DNA of 64,000 nucleotides from Callorhinchus milii (Eukaryota), in contig NW_024704742.1 of the NCBI RefSeq assembly GCF_018977255.1, forward strand, positions 78,246,001 to 78,310,000, given 5' to 3'. A program made the translations under genes and the position numbers. Under the pieces are notes generated by a model that was not told the origin of the DNA, ran no database searches, and worked only from the letters and a program-made list of their open reading frames with translations. Below are positions 28,101 to 41,235 of this stretch, one piece after another; position 1 is the stretch's first letter; each line of letters opens with the position of its first letter.

Positions 28101-29469
28101 GTTTATACTGCCATTGTCTGGGTTTATATAGTGTTCCTTACAGAGATGCATAGAAAGGAAGAGGCAGAAAAAAAGCCTGGAGCCTCATCAATTTCCCTCA
28201 AGGAAAAACCTTCCCCAACTCCACATGCCTTACGCTATACACCTACACATCTCTCCTGGTGCTGTCCCCTCCTATGAGAAGTGCAAAAACAGAGAAACCC
28301 CCTCAAATGGCCATTTTGGGGAGAATTGCTTTCCTTGGCACCATGCTGTCATATCACCACCCCAATACATTCACAGACACACGCACAAATGTCACAAACC
28401 TCTCTACATAGTTTGGCAGCGATATCAATTACCATCACAGTGGACTGAAATACTACACATATTGAGTTTCCAGCTAAGCAATATTCTCCCACACTCACAG
28501 CAGTGTTTGCTCCAGCTTACCTCTTTTACTGATGCTGATTACAGTAGGGGCTAAGATACAATTGCAATAAAGTCCACTATGTAAGCAGTAACTCAGCAAT
28601 AAAAGCCTTTCGGGAACTGTTCCATTACAATTTTATAGTGAGAATATGGGTGAACCATGAAACACTCTTCCTCTATCCCTTCGCCTTGCCCCTTCCTTCC
28701 CCATCTTCAGGTCGTGTCTGAAGACCTTCCTATTCGAGCGTGCCTATGGTCATCTCCCCTTACCCTGGCTCGGCCTCATGCTCTGCCACTGTTAAGAGCT
28801 CTGGGACACTACCCTGCGTGAGGAGCGCTATATAAATGCAAGTTGTTGTTGCTGTTGTGAAGGTCCAAGGCTCTAGTCATAATGGACATGCAACAGAACA
28901 CCAGACCCAAAATGAAAACATGTGCAGAATTTTGGAAAATATAATTTGGACATGAATTTTACCCTGGTTCAAAGAAAGACCCGAGGAACAAAACCCACCT
29001 GAACAAAGACTGAATTTGCTGTTTTTCCAATCCATTTTCAGTTTTAAGACTATGGAATTAGCTTTAAGACTTTGAAAGAAATGTATGTTTGTTGTATGTT
29101 TGATAATTAATCTGATTCTGAATGAAAGTTGTTGCAACATTTTAAAAACTTGTACTTTCAAAGTGTGAGCAGTTATGTGGATAACTTGTTTATTGTGTTT
29201 TCTACGAGGTGAGAGATGTTTCTCATTCGTCTGGGATTTCACAGCAATCAACTGACTGCTTTTTACATAAAATTGGAAATCCAATGGATTATTCCTACTC
29301 TGAAAGCATTTAATGTGGTGCGATTCACCCATAGTACCACAGATGGTGGTTTCACACAATTAGATCCTCACCCAAGCACTTACACCACCACATATCCCAA
29401 CCTGCTGTTGTGCTGCACTGAGGGTAACAGAATCACCATGTATCAAGCACTGAGATAAATTGTCTGCTG

Positions 29470-29788
29470 ATAATAATAATAATCCTTGCATTTAATATAG
29501 AGCTTTTCACGTCGGGAGGACGTCCCAAAGCGCTTCACAGAACACACTGTAAAGTGAATTGACTGTATATTTATGGGCGAACGCGGCTGCCAATTGCGCA
29601 CAGTAATGTCCCACAAACAGTCGTAGATTGAAAATGACCAATTTATTATTGGTTTGTTTTTGGAGGGATTATTATTAAGCTCTGTGTGGAGTAGGGAAAC
29701 TTGCCCAAGGTTTCGCCCTCTGCCTGGAATTGAACTCAGGTCTCTCGCTTGCAAAGCGAGTGCTCTAACCACTGAGCTACAGGACTCC
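29470..29788 (-). mobile_element. Young tRNA-derived SINE (same family)
   Basis: Full head ggagtcctgtagctcagtgg through the (ATT)n tail. Confidence 0.92.
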
Positions 29789-32541
29789 ATAATATAAATG
29801 TAGTCTACACTGGTAAATAATTTAGCATTAATAAAATCCCTCATATCACAAATATTCATTACTGGAAAACTGGGTTCAAATGCAGCCCATACTCATAGGG
29901 TGAATGTGTTCACTTCTCAATCTGTTGACTATAACGGTGAAGTGAGTATGAATGGTCTCAAACCCAGTTCCTAATAAGTATGGGCTCACAGCACAATACT
30001 GCCTGCTGTCCTGCAATCCTGGTGTTATAGCTCCCTTAATTATAACCCTTGCATTTGATGAAGTGCCTATACCATCAAAATATCTTGAAATATTTTTTCA
30101 CAGGTAATTGCTGATGAGTTTAGTAACTGTGTATTTTTTAAGTAAACACAGCAGCCAATTTGTGTACAGCAAATCCCACAACCAGCTATTAAGTGGATGG
30201 ATTATCTAAAGGACTGTTGGCTAGGACTCTGGAAGAAACTCCTTTCTCTTTCGAACAATACCATGGAGGGAGTTGGCCTGCATTTAACTATTGTATCCAA
30301 AAAACTGCAACTGCTGCAAGTATGATATAAAGGCAGTAAATTCAGAAAATTCACAGCAGGTGAATCAGCAATTGGAAATGAAAGATAACCTGACACAATG
30401 GATAAATTCAGTATACACACAGCAGTGTCCCACTAACAGTCATGGGTTGAAGTAACCAAATAATTATTTTATTTATTTATTTTTGGAAGGATTATTGCCC
30501 CCGGAAAAGCAATCTTCCAATCGAATAACAACTGGGTTCCTAGGTAAACAGAGCCATGTGGAGTAAAGAAACTTGTCTAACGTTTCTCCCTGTCCGGGAA
30601 TTGAACCCGGGTCTTCTCGCTTGCCAGGTGAGTGTTCTAATCAATATGCTAAAGGATTCCATTTATCTTATATTTATTACTTTCCAGGTAGAAGAAAGCT
30701 AATTGTTTACTAATAAAAAAGTCCATAAACGGTCAAAAATTCTGGTAGAGGAACAACTTGGATTTATATAGCGCTGCTCACGCAGGATAATGTCTTTAAG
30801 CTCTTCGCTTAACAAAAGGTAAAAAATCACAACACCAGCCTCAAAATAACTTTTCCTTTTGAAAAAATTGATATTGATCTTAGTAGTGAACCACGCAATT
30901 ATGGACACAAACCTAATTACCTCAGCAACTAATCTACGAATGCTGCTTTCAAACCTAGCTTCTCAACCATTGCGCTTCTCATCTATCTATACAACATCCC
31001 AGGAAATTCCTTTGACTCGTACATCGCATTATCCAATGACCCTGAATCCTTTTAACTTTGGACTTGGTGCTTGAGGTTTAGGCTGACAATGTCAGAGATG
31101 CCATTCTTGAGATGAGACTTTGAACCGAGGTCCTGTTTGCCTGTTTACTTGGACATTACAGATCCCATAATAAAATTTAAAAAGAGAAGGAAGTTTTGTC
31201 CCGTGTTTCAGACAACAATCTTTCAGATACAATTAATCATTTACCCACTGGCAGTTTATGGGACTCTGCTGTATGCAAATTGGCTGCCGCATTTGCCTAC
31301 AAATACACAGTCACTACACTTTACAGAAAACTATTTGAGATGTTTCAACATATAAGCCACTATTTCAAATGCAAGCAATATTATTCATTTCCAGAAGCTT
31401 GCCTATTGCCTTTTTGAAACCTTTTTTAATGGGTTACAGGGCACCACACAGAAGAGCAATTCTAGCACCCACAAATTAAAGCTCTTCAATATAAATATGA
31501 TTTTGAAATGATTCATAAGTTAATCGTTATCCTCAACAATCAGGTTATGTGTGTGCCAAAGGTGAAGGAGACATTTTATTTGTGGAGCCTCAATAATCTA
31601 AATGAATTAAGCATGTGACACAAGCTATTGGGCTCACTAAACACCTCTAAAACCCTGAATTCTATTCTATACATTAGTACAGTGTAATTACATGAAATTC
31701 CATTTGTGTTATTAATATCTTATACAAATATGAAGATTTGAATTCATCTCACATTTGTGAATCTTTACTTACTCTAGAATCTGAATTCCTATTATTAACT
31801 GTATACATTAGGGCATCAATTGCTCAGTGAAAAGAAATTAAGAACTGAAAGCAATAGAAATTGCATTTTCTTTTAAGGAAAGTTGCTTTGAGCATTTTCA
31901 GTTGGGTGAGAGCATTTTTTTTCATATGTCTCAGGTGTGGGTGATGCTGAGAAGGGCCAAAAAATATTTTTCAATTCATAGTTCATGGTGGTGGGCTTCT
32001 CTTTAAGTTGTTGTTGTCCTTGGGTGATAGTACCCCATGCTGGTGTGGGATACACCAAACCAGTGATTTGACTATCTACTTAGGAAGCTTCTCATGAGTC
32101 AAAATGGGCATTTTACCACAAAACCAATTGAGCAAAATTGTAAGCAATTTTCATTTAAGAATCAACTTCAATTAAAATGCACTTTGACGTTGTGATGGGG
32201 GGAATGGTAGGATTGGTGTTCTGGGAGGATGAGATCAGATGGGCCAAAAGGTCTTCATCCAAACCAATCTTATGATCTTGTAAATGTTCATCATTATCAG
32301 GTTAAATATCATCGCATTAAACTAATCTCTTACCATTCAATATTGAACTCTATATTCATTACCTTCTATCCTCCGTTCACTCCCTTGCCTCGTTTAAGGT
32401 ACACCTCAAACCATACCTCTTTGACTGTGCTTTAGGTCATCTTTCCCATCTCTCACCCCCGCCCCTCCTCCGCTCCAGTACCCAACCAAAATTGTCAAGC
32501 GCTTTGGGACATCCTCCTAATGTGAAAAGTGCTATATAAGT

Positions 32542-32664
32542 CTATATTGTATTCTATTTTATTCCAGCTTTGAAATCCTTTGTCTTTGCACCATTTCAAA
32601 AACAATCTGAAATGGTGCAGAGATGGAGGATTTCAAAGCAGGAGCAAAATAAAATACAATATAG
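32542..32664. repeat. Inverted repeat, 57-bp arms with a 9-nt loop
   Basis: Arms 32542-32598 and 32608-32664, 49/57 Watson-Crick complementary. Confidence 0.95.
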
Positions 32665-33062
32665 CTTGTCTCAGTTGTTAGCACTCTCGCCTCTGTCAGA
32701 CATCATTGTGCTGAAATTGGTGTGTGTGGGAGGGGGAGAGTAGCGAAGAAATTATTTGTCTCTCAGATGAGACATGCAAGGATCATTATTTATCCCAGTA
32801 CTCTTCATCCGTTTCCTGGAAGATGCTAAGACCTACTGAAACTATTCACAGGGAGGACTGGGAGTTTTTCATAACTTATAGCTCTCTGTGGGACCTTTAC
32901 TGGTGTAAATGGCTGCCGTAAAATACCGATGAGCTGTTATAAGCAAGTTCTTTCTTTATCTTATGAATAATAAGAAAACATCAGGTTATTTGACAGCTGG
33001 TTGATAGCCTGCCAGTAATCTATTAAACCACAGTGTTTCTCAGTGTTTTGTTGGTGACTTAC

Positions 33063-33172
33063 CCACTTGGGCATTTTCCCCGCATGAGGATCGTGGTGAT
33101 GAAACTGAAGAACCAGCACAGTGACAACCACAGACAGACCCACGATGAACATAGTGCTTGCAAAGTATTGAG
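33063..33172 (-). CDS. CHRNA8: nAChR alpha8 exon 9, M3: (A)[36 protein letters not shown]
   Basis: Overlaps ORF 32961..33152; tttcag|CT and TGG|gtaagt; 110 nt. Confidence 0.95.
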
Positions 33173-34817
33173 CTGAAACACAAAACCATACAACATTTTA
33201 TTATCAGGGTGATGCTGAATGTGGCAGCAATTTTCAAAACATTTCTTCTTCATCCTTCCTCTCATGAATAACTTAAAGAAACAACTGCATTGGGTGAAGT
33301 AGTCCATTATCACTTCAGTTCCAATGAATTCCTCAAGACACTATAAACACAATAAGAGATGACCAAGGCACTGGTATGTGTAAAAAGATCTAACCTTGTA
33401 ACACTAGCACACATTTTCCTTGAGAGAAGAGTTCCAATTTTCTGTATCCCTTGAAAAAACACAACTATAAATAACCATGATGACTAATTTTAATATATTA
33501 TAGCACACTATATGGCCATATGGTGAATGACTAAATCAAGAGGTCATGTTAGAGGGGACTTTGATAATGGACTTAAAAGGGGAGGGTTGGAGTTTAGGAC
33601 TACATATTACAACAACAACACATTAGGAGGATTTCATAAGGCACTGGATAGTTGACGGTTTGCACCTTAATGCAATACAATTTACACTTATATGTAATTT
33701 GTTGTTGTTATAGCGCCTTTTATATCGGGAGGATGTCCCAAAGTGTTTGACAATTCTGGCTGGGAATGGGAGCTGAGAGTATGAGCTGAGCTGGGTGAGG
33801 ACAAAATCTTTGACTGATAGCGAGGTTGACGAGGTACATTTTGAGTGTACCTTGAAAGAGCGGACGGGTCGACGTGATAGGCCGCTGTATCCAATGCTAG
33901 GATTATTATTATTATTACCAGAAATCAGTAAGCCTGTTTGTTCATCTCACTGGTGTCTGGTGTTTTACATTCTCTAACATAGCTCCTTGTATGATTTTGC
34001 AACTGCTCTGTGATCTCAATTAAAACTACATGCCACAGCTGGATAAATGCACTTGTGGCTGTTACTGTGGTTAAATGAGAGGTTTAACAAATGTGATATG
34101 TGTTCTATTGAGCTTGCTTTTTGGTTGCCTGTTGGTTTTATGTAGATGTAAGATAAATTTCTGACACTGAACAATGTTGACTGCTTGTGTGCTTTATTTA
34201 GTGTCACTTTGGAAAGCTCTTTAAAGATGGTGCAATAAACATGAGGGATTGTGCTGCCTATTGCATCATGTTATTATTATTTTTTAAAATAAACAATGGG
34301 GTGAAATTTGCAGCTCGTGTAATATTTATTGCATTCAATAAGCTGTGTTCAATAAGTCAGAGATGCCACATATGGCTGAGAATCATGCTTAGTGTGAGGC
34401 TGGCTTTCAGTGAACTAAAAAAAAGCTGGTTTCATGCTAACTGTGAGTCGAAAGTCCATAGAGAATATTTTAGGGGTACTGCAAGCACCGTGTTCACCCA
34501 CAATTTGCTCACAGCAATGTGTCGCAAACAGCCATGAAGTGACTGACCAATTTTATCTGGGGGATTGTTGGCTAGGGCACTAGGTGAAACTACCTTCTCT
34601 TTTCGGAGTAATGTCATGCAATTTTTAATGTCCACCTGAATAGACAGGCAATAATCTCCTTCACTCAACTGTTTCCATTTAAAGCTGTTTAATTTTAAAC
34701 ATTTATATTTAGTTCTGCTTTTATATCGCGTTCCCATTTATTTTTTCCAATTTCCAATGAAGTTTCTGAAACCCTTCAGTGAATGGTCGTTTATCACACG
34801 TCAATAATGGTCTTTCC

Positions 34818-35015
34818 ATAACAAAAACAGAGATTGATGAAATGCTCAGCAAGTCGGGCAGCATCCATGGAGAAAGGACTTTCTACCAAACTTCGTCATG
34901 GACCCCAAACGTTGACCCATTTTCCTTTCTCCATGGATGCTGCCTGACCTGCTGAGTGTTCCCAGCAATCTTTGTTTTTGTTTTGGATTTCCAGCATTTG
35001 CAGTATTGTGGTTTT
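34818..35015. mobile_element. Short fold-back insertion with a 14-bp target-site duplication, probably Penelope-like element-derived
   Basis: Inverted arms 34821-34878 and 34923-34981; ataatggtctttcc at 34804-34817 and 35016-35029; related partial copy at 36030-36155. Confidence 0.75.
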
Positions 35016-36199
35016 ATAATGGTCTTTCCGTGGTTGTAATATAGCCAAATGAATACTCGCCAATAACTCTCCACAGGTTCACTGATTTTGTTTGTCCCAA
35101 TATGCGTATATATAAGTAGCACCTGGCCTGAAACTCCACATCATCTTAGCCTCTATCAGTGTCTTGTCTTTCAACTTAAGATCACCAGTTATTACATTTT
35201 AAGATGTAATTATCTTACAGGCTGATACTTCAATTCTGCATTTGTTAAAAAGAACCACCACAACAAGCAACTCAACAACCTGTGTTTATATAATCATGAA
35301 AATCCTTGCATTTGATATAGCACCTTATCGCGTCTTCAAGATGTCTAAAAACGCTTCACAGAATATACAATTCAATAAAAGTGAATTGATTGTATATTTT
35401 GTGGGCCTTTAACACCAGGTAATGTGAGTGAGAGCCAGCATTCAACCTAAGCCTGAAATTAAGAATTGTGAACAATTCTGTACAATATAAAATGTTCATA
35501 TGGAAATTTAAGCTCACTATGTCTAAAATGTGCTTGTGGTGCATGGATCTCCCTGATGCAGATCTGCCTCAGAGAACACACTTCTGACGAGCCCAGGAAG
35601 GTACAGAATGATCTAAATCACTGTTAATGGAATAAACAAATCTAGCCAGTCTGGCTTATTGATGAGACTTGTCAGGGAAAACATGTCCTCAATTCTGACA
35701 ACCAACATCCCAGTGGGTAGGGCTTTCCAGATGGACACATAGGCAGAACATATCATGGCACATCTTCTTAATTTGTCTAGGGTTCCCTGAAAGGTATTTA
35801 TCCCCCTTATATTATTGACCTGTCTACAAAGCAAAATTCCAGGAACCAAAATTTAAGGAGTAAAGGGAGCAATCAATCAGAAACTTGCATGTAAGGGGTC
35901 CTCTGACAAGTGCTTATGTAGGTTAATAATGAATTCACTTTGACAGAATAAATAAAGAAGTTGTCCAGTAGGCTAGATGGTAAGAACCTTAGAGGACTAG
36001 AGGAAATGTGGAAAACCAACTTTGTAAATTAACAAAAGGCAATGATGCTGGAAATCTGGTAAAACACAGAAGTCGCTGGGAACACTCAGCAGGTCAGATA
36101 GCATCCATGGAGAGAGGAATATTAGTTGTTTCAGGTCAATAACTTTTCATCAAATTGAGACTGAATGTAATACTTTTCCATGATTTGTGTGATTGGACC

Positions 36200-36560
36200 G
36201 GAGAGAAGGGAGGTAACAAGGGATGAAGTGATTTAAAAATGACAGTGAGGATCTTGAAATCAATCCATTCAGCAACAGGAAGCCAGTGGAGCCTGGCAAG
36301 AATTGGGTTGATGGGTGTGCGAAGCCTGGTACAGATGAGGACATGGGTGACAGAGTTTTGAATCATCTGGATCTTGTTTATGATGTAACTGGTGAGACTA
36401 GAGAGGAGTATATTGGAAAAATTGAGGCAGGAAGTGGCGAAAGCGTGAATCAGAGATTTCAGCACTGTTTGAAGTAAGATAGGGTCAAAGGCGAATATGG
36501 CAGAGGTGGAGGAAAGGTCTGTACAAGGACCGGATGTAGGGTAGGAAGGATATCTGGAGA
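36200..36560 (-). mobile_element. Old L2 fragment (others at about 1570-1940, 15270-15640 and 20630-20960 on -; 23620-23940, 28660-28860, 37390-37553, 38140-38610 and 62230-62490 on +)
   Basis: ORF 36136..36576 contains LIHAF.TS.L, IQN and LHWLPV..WIDFKIL. Confidence 0.8.
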
Positions 36561-39500
36561 TTGAACCTGATGCCACGGTTGTGTAGCGGTTCGGTAAGTC
36601 TGTGGGATAGGCAGGAAAGGTTGTAGGTGAAAAAATGAAGCAATTGCAATTGAAATCATATTAAAATTCAGCTGTATTGGTCCATCTTCTTTGTTTTCAC
36701 TTGTCTCTGCGGTAGGCAATGTTTTGATGCTCAGCTGTGCATGTCTGTGCAGTGTGCACTCTCTTAGCATCACTCCTACTTCAGCAATAAAAAAAACATG
36801 CTATCTGTCTGACATTTATTGCAGCTGTTGCTTCAGAATCTGGGGCAGCACAGATTGAGTTTGGCTTTTACAATATTAATATTTCAGGACGATATTAGTC
36901 AGGAAAGACAAAATCCGCTCTCTGATTAAAGACGTCCTAATCTGCTCTGAGCAAAAGAGCCTTCAGTCAGGCTGTGGAGACTGCACTTCGGTCTTCTTTG
37001 CTGAATGCAGGTTTAAAAAAAAGTAGTTTTAAAAGTAAAATGTTATTGTTAAAAGGCCATCGTAACAGCTGGGGTTAAAAATCTTAGCCTGGCTGCAAGT
37101 ATTTTTAAATAAACAAACGACAATTAAATTAGCCGTAAGAAATCTGAGGACGAAATCATTTTCCTAAAGTCAGAGGGTGTTCAGGCCTTAACCTGTCATT
37201 ATGGATAGATTTAGAAGGGCATGTGTGAACTGAAGAACAGAATGTGTCTAGGAATATCTTAACAAACCTGTGTGTGTATGTGTGTGGGGTGCACGTCTTT
37301 ATGTAAATGTACCTGTGTAATTCTGTGTATGTATATTCATCTGTATTCATGTGTGTTTATGTGTGAATGTATATGTGTGTTATGTGTGTCCCATTTTCAG
37401 GTCTCTGCTGAAGACCTTTCTTTTCGACCGCGCCTTTGGTCACCTTCCTCCCCCTCCCCCTGGCTCGGTCCCAGGATCCGTTACTGTAAAAGCGCTCTGA
37501 GATGCTATCCGGCGTGGAGGGCGCTATATAAATCCAAGTTGTTGTTGTTGTTGTCTGTGTGTGCGTGTGTGTGTATTTGACCATTCAGCCTTTAAAAGTG
37601 CCTGTGACTGCTGGTAGCTCTCCTGCCTCTGAATTAGAAGGTTGTGGGTTGAATTCCCACATCAACATTTTAGCTCATTCTGGGGTGATGCGGTGTTGTT
37701 GGAGATGAAATGTTAAACCCAGGTCCCTCTGTTTGTCTAAGTGGACTTTATCACGATCCCATGACACTACTTGAAAATAAACTTTCTTCTGATGTCCTGG
37801 CCAACAATCTTCCAGATAAAATTAGTCATTCACTTTATGGCCTTTTGTGGTATATTGCTGTCTGAAAATTGGCTTCAGCAAATTGTCTACAAATTACAGT
37901 CATACTTTACAGTAAAATCCTGTGAAATGCTTTAAGACATCCTTCCAATGTAAAAGGCGCATATCAAATGCAAGGATTATTATTATTATAATACATGATT
38001 CAACTCATTTTGTCACTTTCTAAACCTGGACCCAGGTGTGGTGCCAAAAGTTTAGAGGTTTACTTTGCATCTCACAGAAACAAGTTCAACACTTGTTAAA
38101 CACACAACAAACTAGATCTCTTTCCTGAGCCCAGAGAGTTTCATTCTGCTGCCTATTCTCACCTGTATTAAACTCCATAATCCCATCACACCTGTCCTCA
38201 CCAGGCTTCACTGGTGTACTATCACAGAATGGATCTATTTCAAGAACATCTCAATTGTCTACAAACCCCTTCACGCCTTAACACCTTTCTGACCTGCTTT
38301 CTTGCCACTCCACTACCCACTTCCTCCGTTTGGCTGGCGCTGACCTCCTGCTTATCCCTCGCCCCTCCGCTCCATCATCGACAGTCTAGCTTTCAGCCAC
38401 TACGTCCCAAAGCTTTGGACCTCTCTCCCCCTTGCCCACTGCTTCCACTCTTTTAGATTACGGCTAAAGACCTTCCTCTTCAACCGAGCTTACAGTCACC
38501 TCCTCCCTCCCCCCGGCTCGGCATCAGACTCCGTCACTGTTAAACGCTCTGAGATGCTGCCCGCGTGAAGGGAACTATATCAATGCAAGTTGTTGATAGT
38601 GTTATTGTTGTTCTGCCCAGCTCCTCTGTGCTCCCTGTGTTGTGGAATCAAATGTGACTAAAGGCTGTGTTGTGGGCAAACTTATGGTCAAGCCCATTGG
38701 TTTGTTAGCATCACAAGATTACAACAGGATCACAAGATTGGTTTGGATGAACAAGGCCCTTCAGCCTATGTCATCTCATCCTTCCAGAACACCCATCCTA
38801 CCATTCCCCCCATCACAGCTGCGTTTTAAATGCGACCAGCAACCTGGCCTAAACTATTGATCTGGGTTTACTTTTTCAATTGTTTCGCCCGCAAAACATG
38901 GTCAATTCACTTTACAGTATATTCTGTGAAGCACTTTGAGAAGTTCCTCTGAGTCATCTTTTCTCAAAACTGAAGAGCCCTAGCTTGTTTGATAGTTACT
39001 TATAGCCCATTTCTCTGTAACTAATGATAATCCTCCTCCTCTTTTCCTCCTCACTGCCTCTCGGGCCCGGGCAGCCCCTTAATGTCAAGGTGATCAGAAC
39101 TGTATGCATCATATCTCAGGGAAATCAAGCGGCTACATCGCTGTACTACGGAACAAGAGATAGCCCATTGCGTGTCAAAAAGGACAATGTTTTATCCAAA
39201 GCAGTTTGGAATTATGAATCCCTAAATATTTGGTTGTGGCAGTTATTGCCTTATGTCAGAGAGATATAAAAACCTAATGTGAAGACCGGTGAAAATTGAA
39301 TGAAACTTCATGCGGGATTCAGTTGCAAACAGCCATAATACATTATATGCTCTATTTATTCTGACTGAGCTGATTCTGTGCTCCCAGCCCATTTCTCAAA
39401 GCAAACTAGAGTGCTTAACATTGAATATTAATTTCCTGCCTTTGAGAATTATTATCTTGCAGACTGCTGGTCTTTTTTAAAACAGAAAAAAAAAAGTTTC

Positions 39501-40954
39501 CAGATTCACCAGCAAACAAAGAATTGAGTTTCCAACTTTTATTCATGTACAAAACATAGTTACTGCATTTTACAGTATACCCTGTGAAGCAAGACAGAAC
39601 AAGGTTTCCTGCTTTACTGAGTATACCATAATGGTATGTCCTCCCGACGTGACTGTCAAATGTGAGGATTATTATTATTGTTGACATGCACAATTATGCC
39701 AATAATGAAATAGTCTACACAGCTACAGATCCCCTCAGCTATGAAATAACATATTAAAAATATGTTCATATATCCAGACTGAGGGATGTGTAAATAGTGT
39801 TGTATTTTAGACATGCTGAAAGGTATTTTTAAGGATACCTGTTTAGCCTAGATCAGTCCACACTTTTTAAACTTTCAGGTTCAGTGAATGCTTCCATAAT
39901 GTCCTTATATTTCCTGCTTGCTGTCTCCTGTACTTATAGTCATTCCCCAAGGAGTTCAGGCAGTGTAAGCTCCAGATGTTTTATTTATTGCATTCAATAA
40001 ATAGAAATAATGTATTGTAACACTGCTTTTCAGACAGCTAGCTCATAAAATAGAATCATCCTGAAATTAGATTTTAAACTAAGGCTTGTTATAATTTTTC
40101 CTGTATGGTTTTGTCCATTGCATTGTGTCCATTCTGTCCATGGTGAGGTTTTAGAGAGAAATACTATCACAGATGCAATAGTGAAAAGATTGTATCGATA
40201 CTTAGCTCATTTCTGCTGTTAATACAATTGTGACTTGTAAAACTACACTACAATCGTAATGTGTCAATTCACATTAGTGTTAGCTGACACACTGCTGAAA
40301 AAACATGGCCAGTCGATAACGTAAGAGATTGACTAGTTCCAGGGCTTGAGGGGGTTCAATTCTTCTTTCCAGTTGCATTGATTTTTTGGAGAAGTCGCTT
40401 ATATACAGTTCAGTATTAATATGACGTGATATGATACGGTATGGGGCCCTCAATGTCAACTTGAAGCCAGTTCAGCTCCAAGGAGAACCCACTTACCTCC
40501 CCCTCCCCTTAGGAGGATAGTCACTACTTGGTTATGTGACAAATGACAAGTGTGGGTTTGAGCCCTCACATGGTGGATGGCAGGTACCAACCTTCCCAGT
40601 TGGCCACCACAGCTCAGCATGAAATGCATGAGAGCACTGCCACCATTTTCCTGCCCACAGCTCGGGCACAGGTCCCTTCTCATTGAGTGATGGTTCCACC
40701 CGTTGGAGGTGCAGAGTTTAAGCATGTGTTCATGACCTTCCAGGAACTATCACCTCAAGCCTCAGAGTTTCCTCATCAGCTACCTGGCGGACATCTGCCT
40801 TCAGTGTGGTGGTAGATACCATTACAGGACAGCTTGTGACATGCCAGCCACCTTGTTGTTCTGAACGTTCAAGTCCAATGCTGCATACCAGCCTTATCCA
40901 AAACCAGCTGCTTGATCCAGCAAGAACTAGTGACAGCGCAAAATTCCTATAGTT

Positions 40955-41235
40955 TTTTGTTCTTGAATAATGGAAACATTCTTGGTAAATACTTCCGTTT
41001 TGTTCCCCTTGGACCAGTCCAAGAATTTCACCTCTCGTAGTATGATACGAATGCCTCCAACCATCCCTCTTAATCATAGCTCCAGATCTGAAAAGCAAGA
41101 GACTGGTCCTGGAGTGTATTCAATTATTCCTAGCTGGAAGATTCAGGTGCTCTGTTTTGAACTCTTTAATTTCTTTTCAGAGCAAATGCTTCAACCCTTG
41201 ATGACACATGTGGCTAGAGGCAAAATTCTTGGACC
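40955..41235 (-). pseudogene. Decayed 18S rRNA fragment (central region) with a short inverted piece at about 41213-41235
   Basis: gttcttgaataatggaaacattcttgg, gtccaagaatttcacctct, tacgaatgcc, tccctcttaatcat and attattcctagctg occur in the order of antisense 18S rRNA. Confidence 0.88.

Noticed and set aside
40456..40725. CPSC...H....C zinc knuckle of an rDNA-targeting retrotransposon next to the 18S relic
   Set aside because: Atypical spacing and no RT or endonuclease motifs nearby; likely chance.
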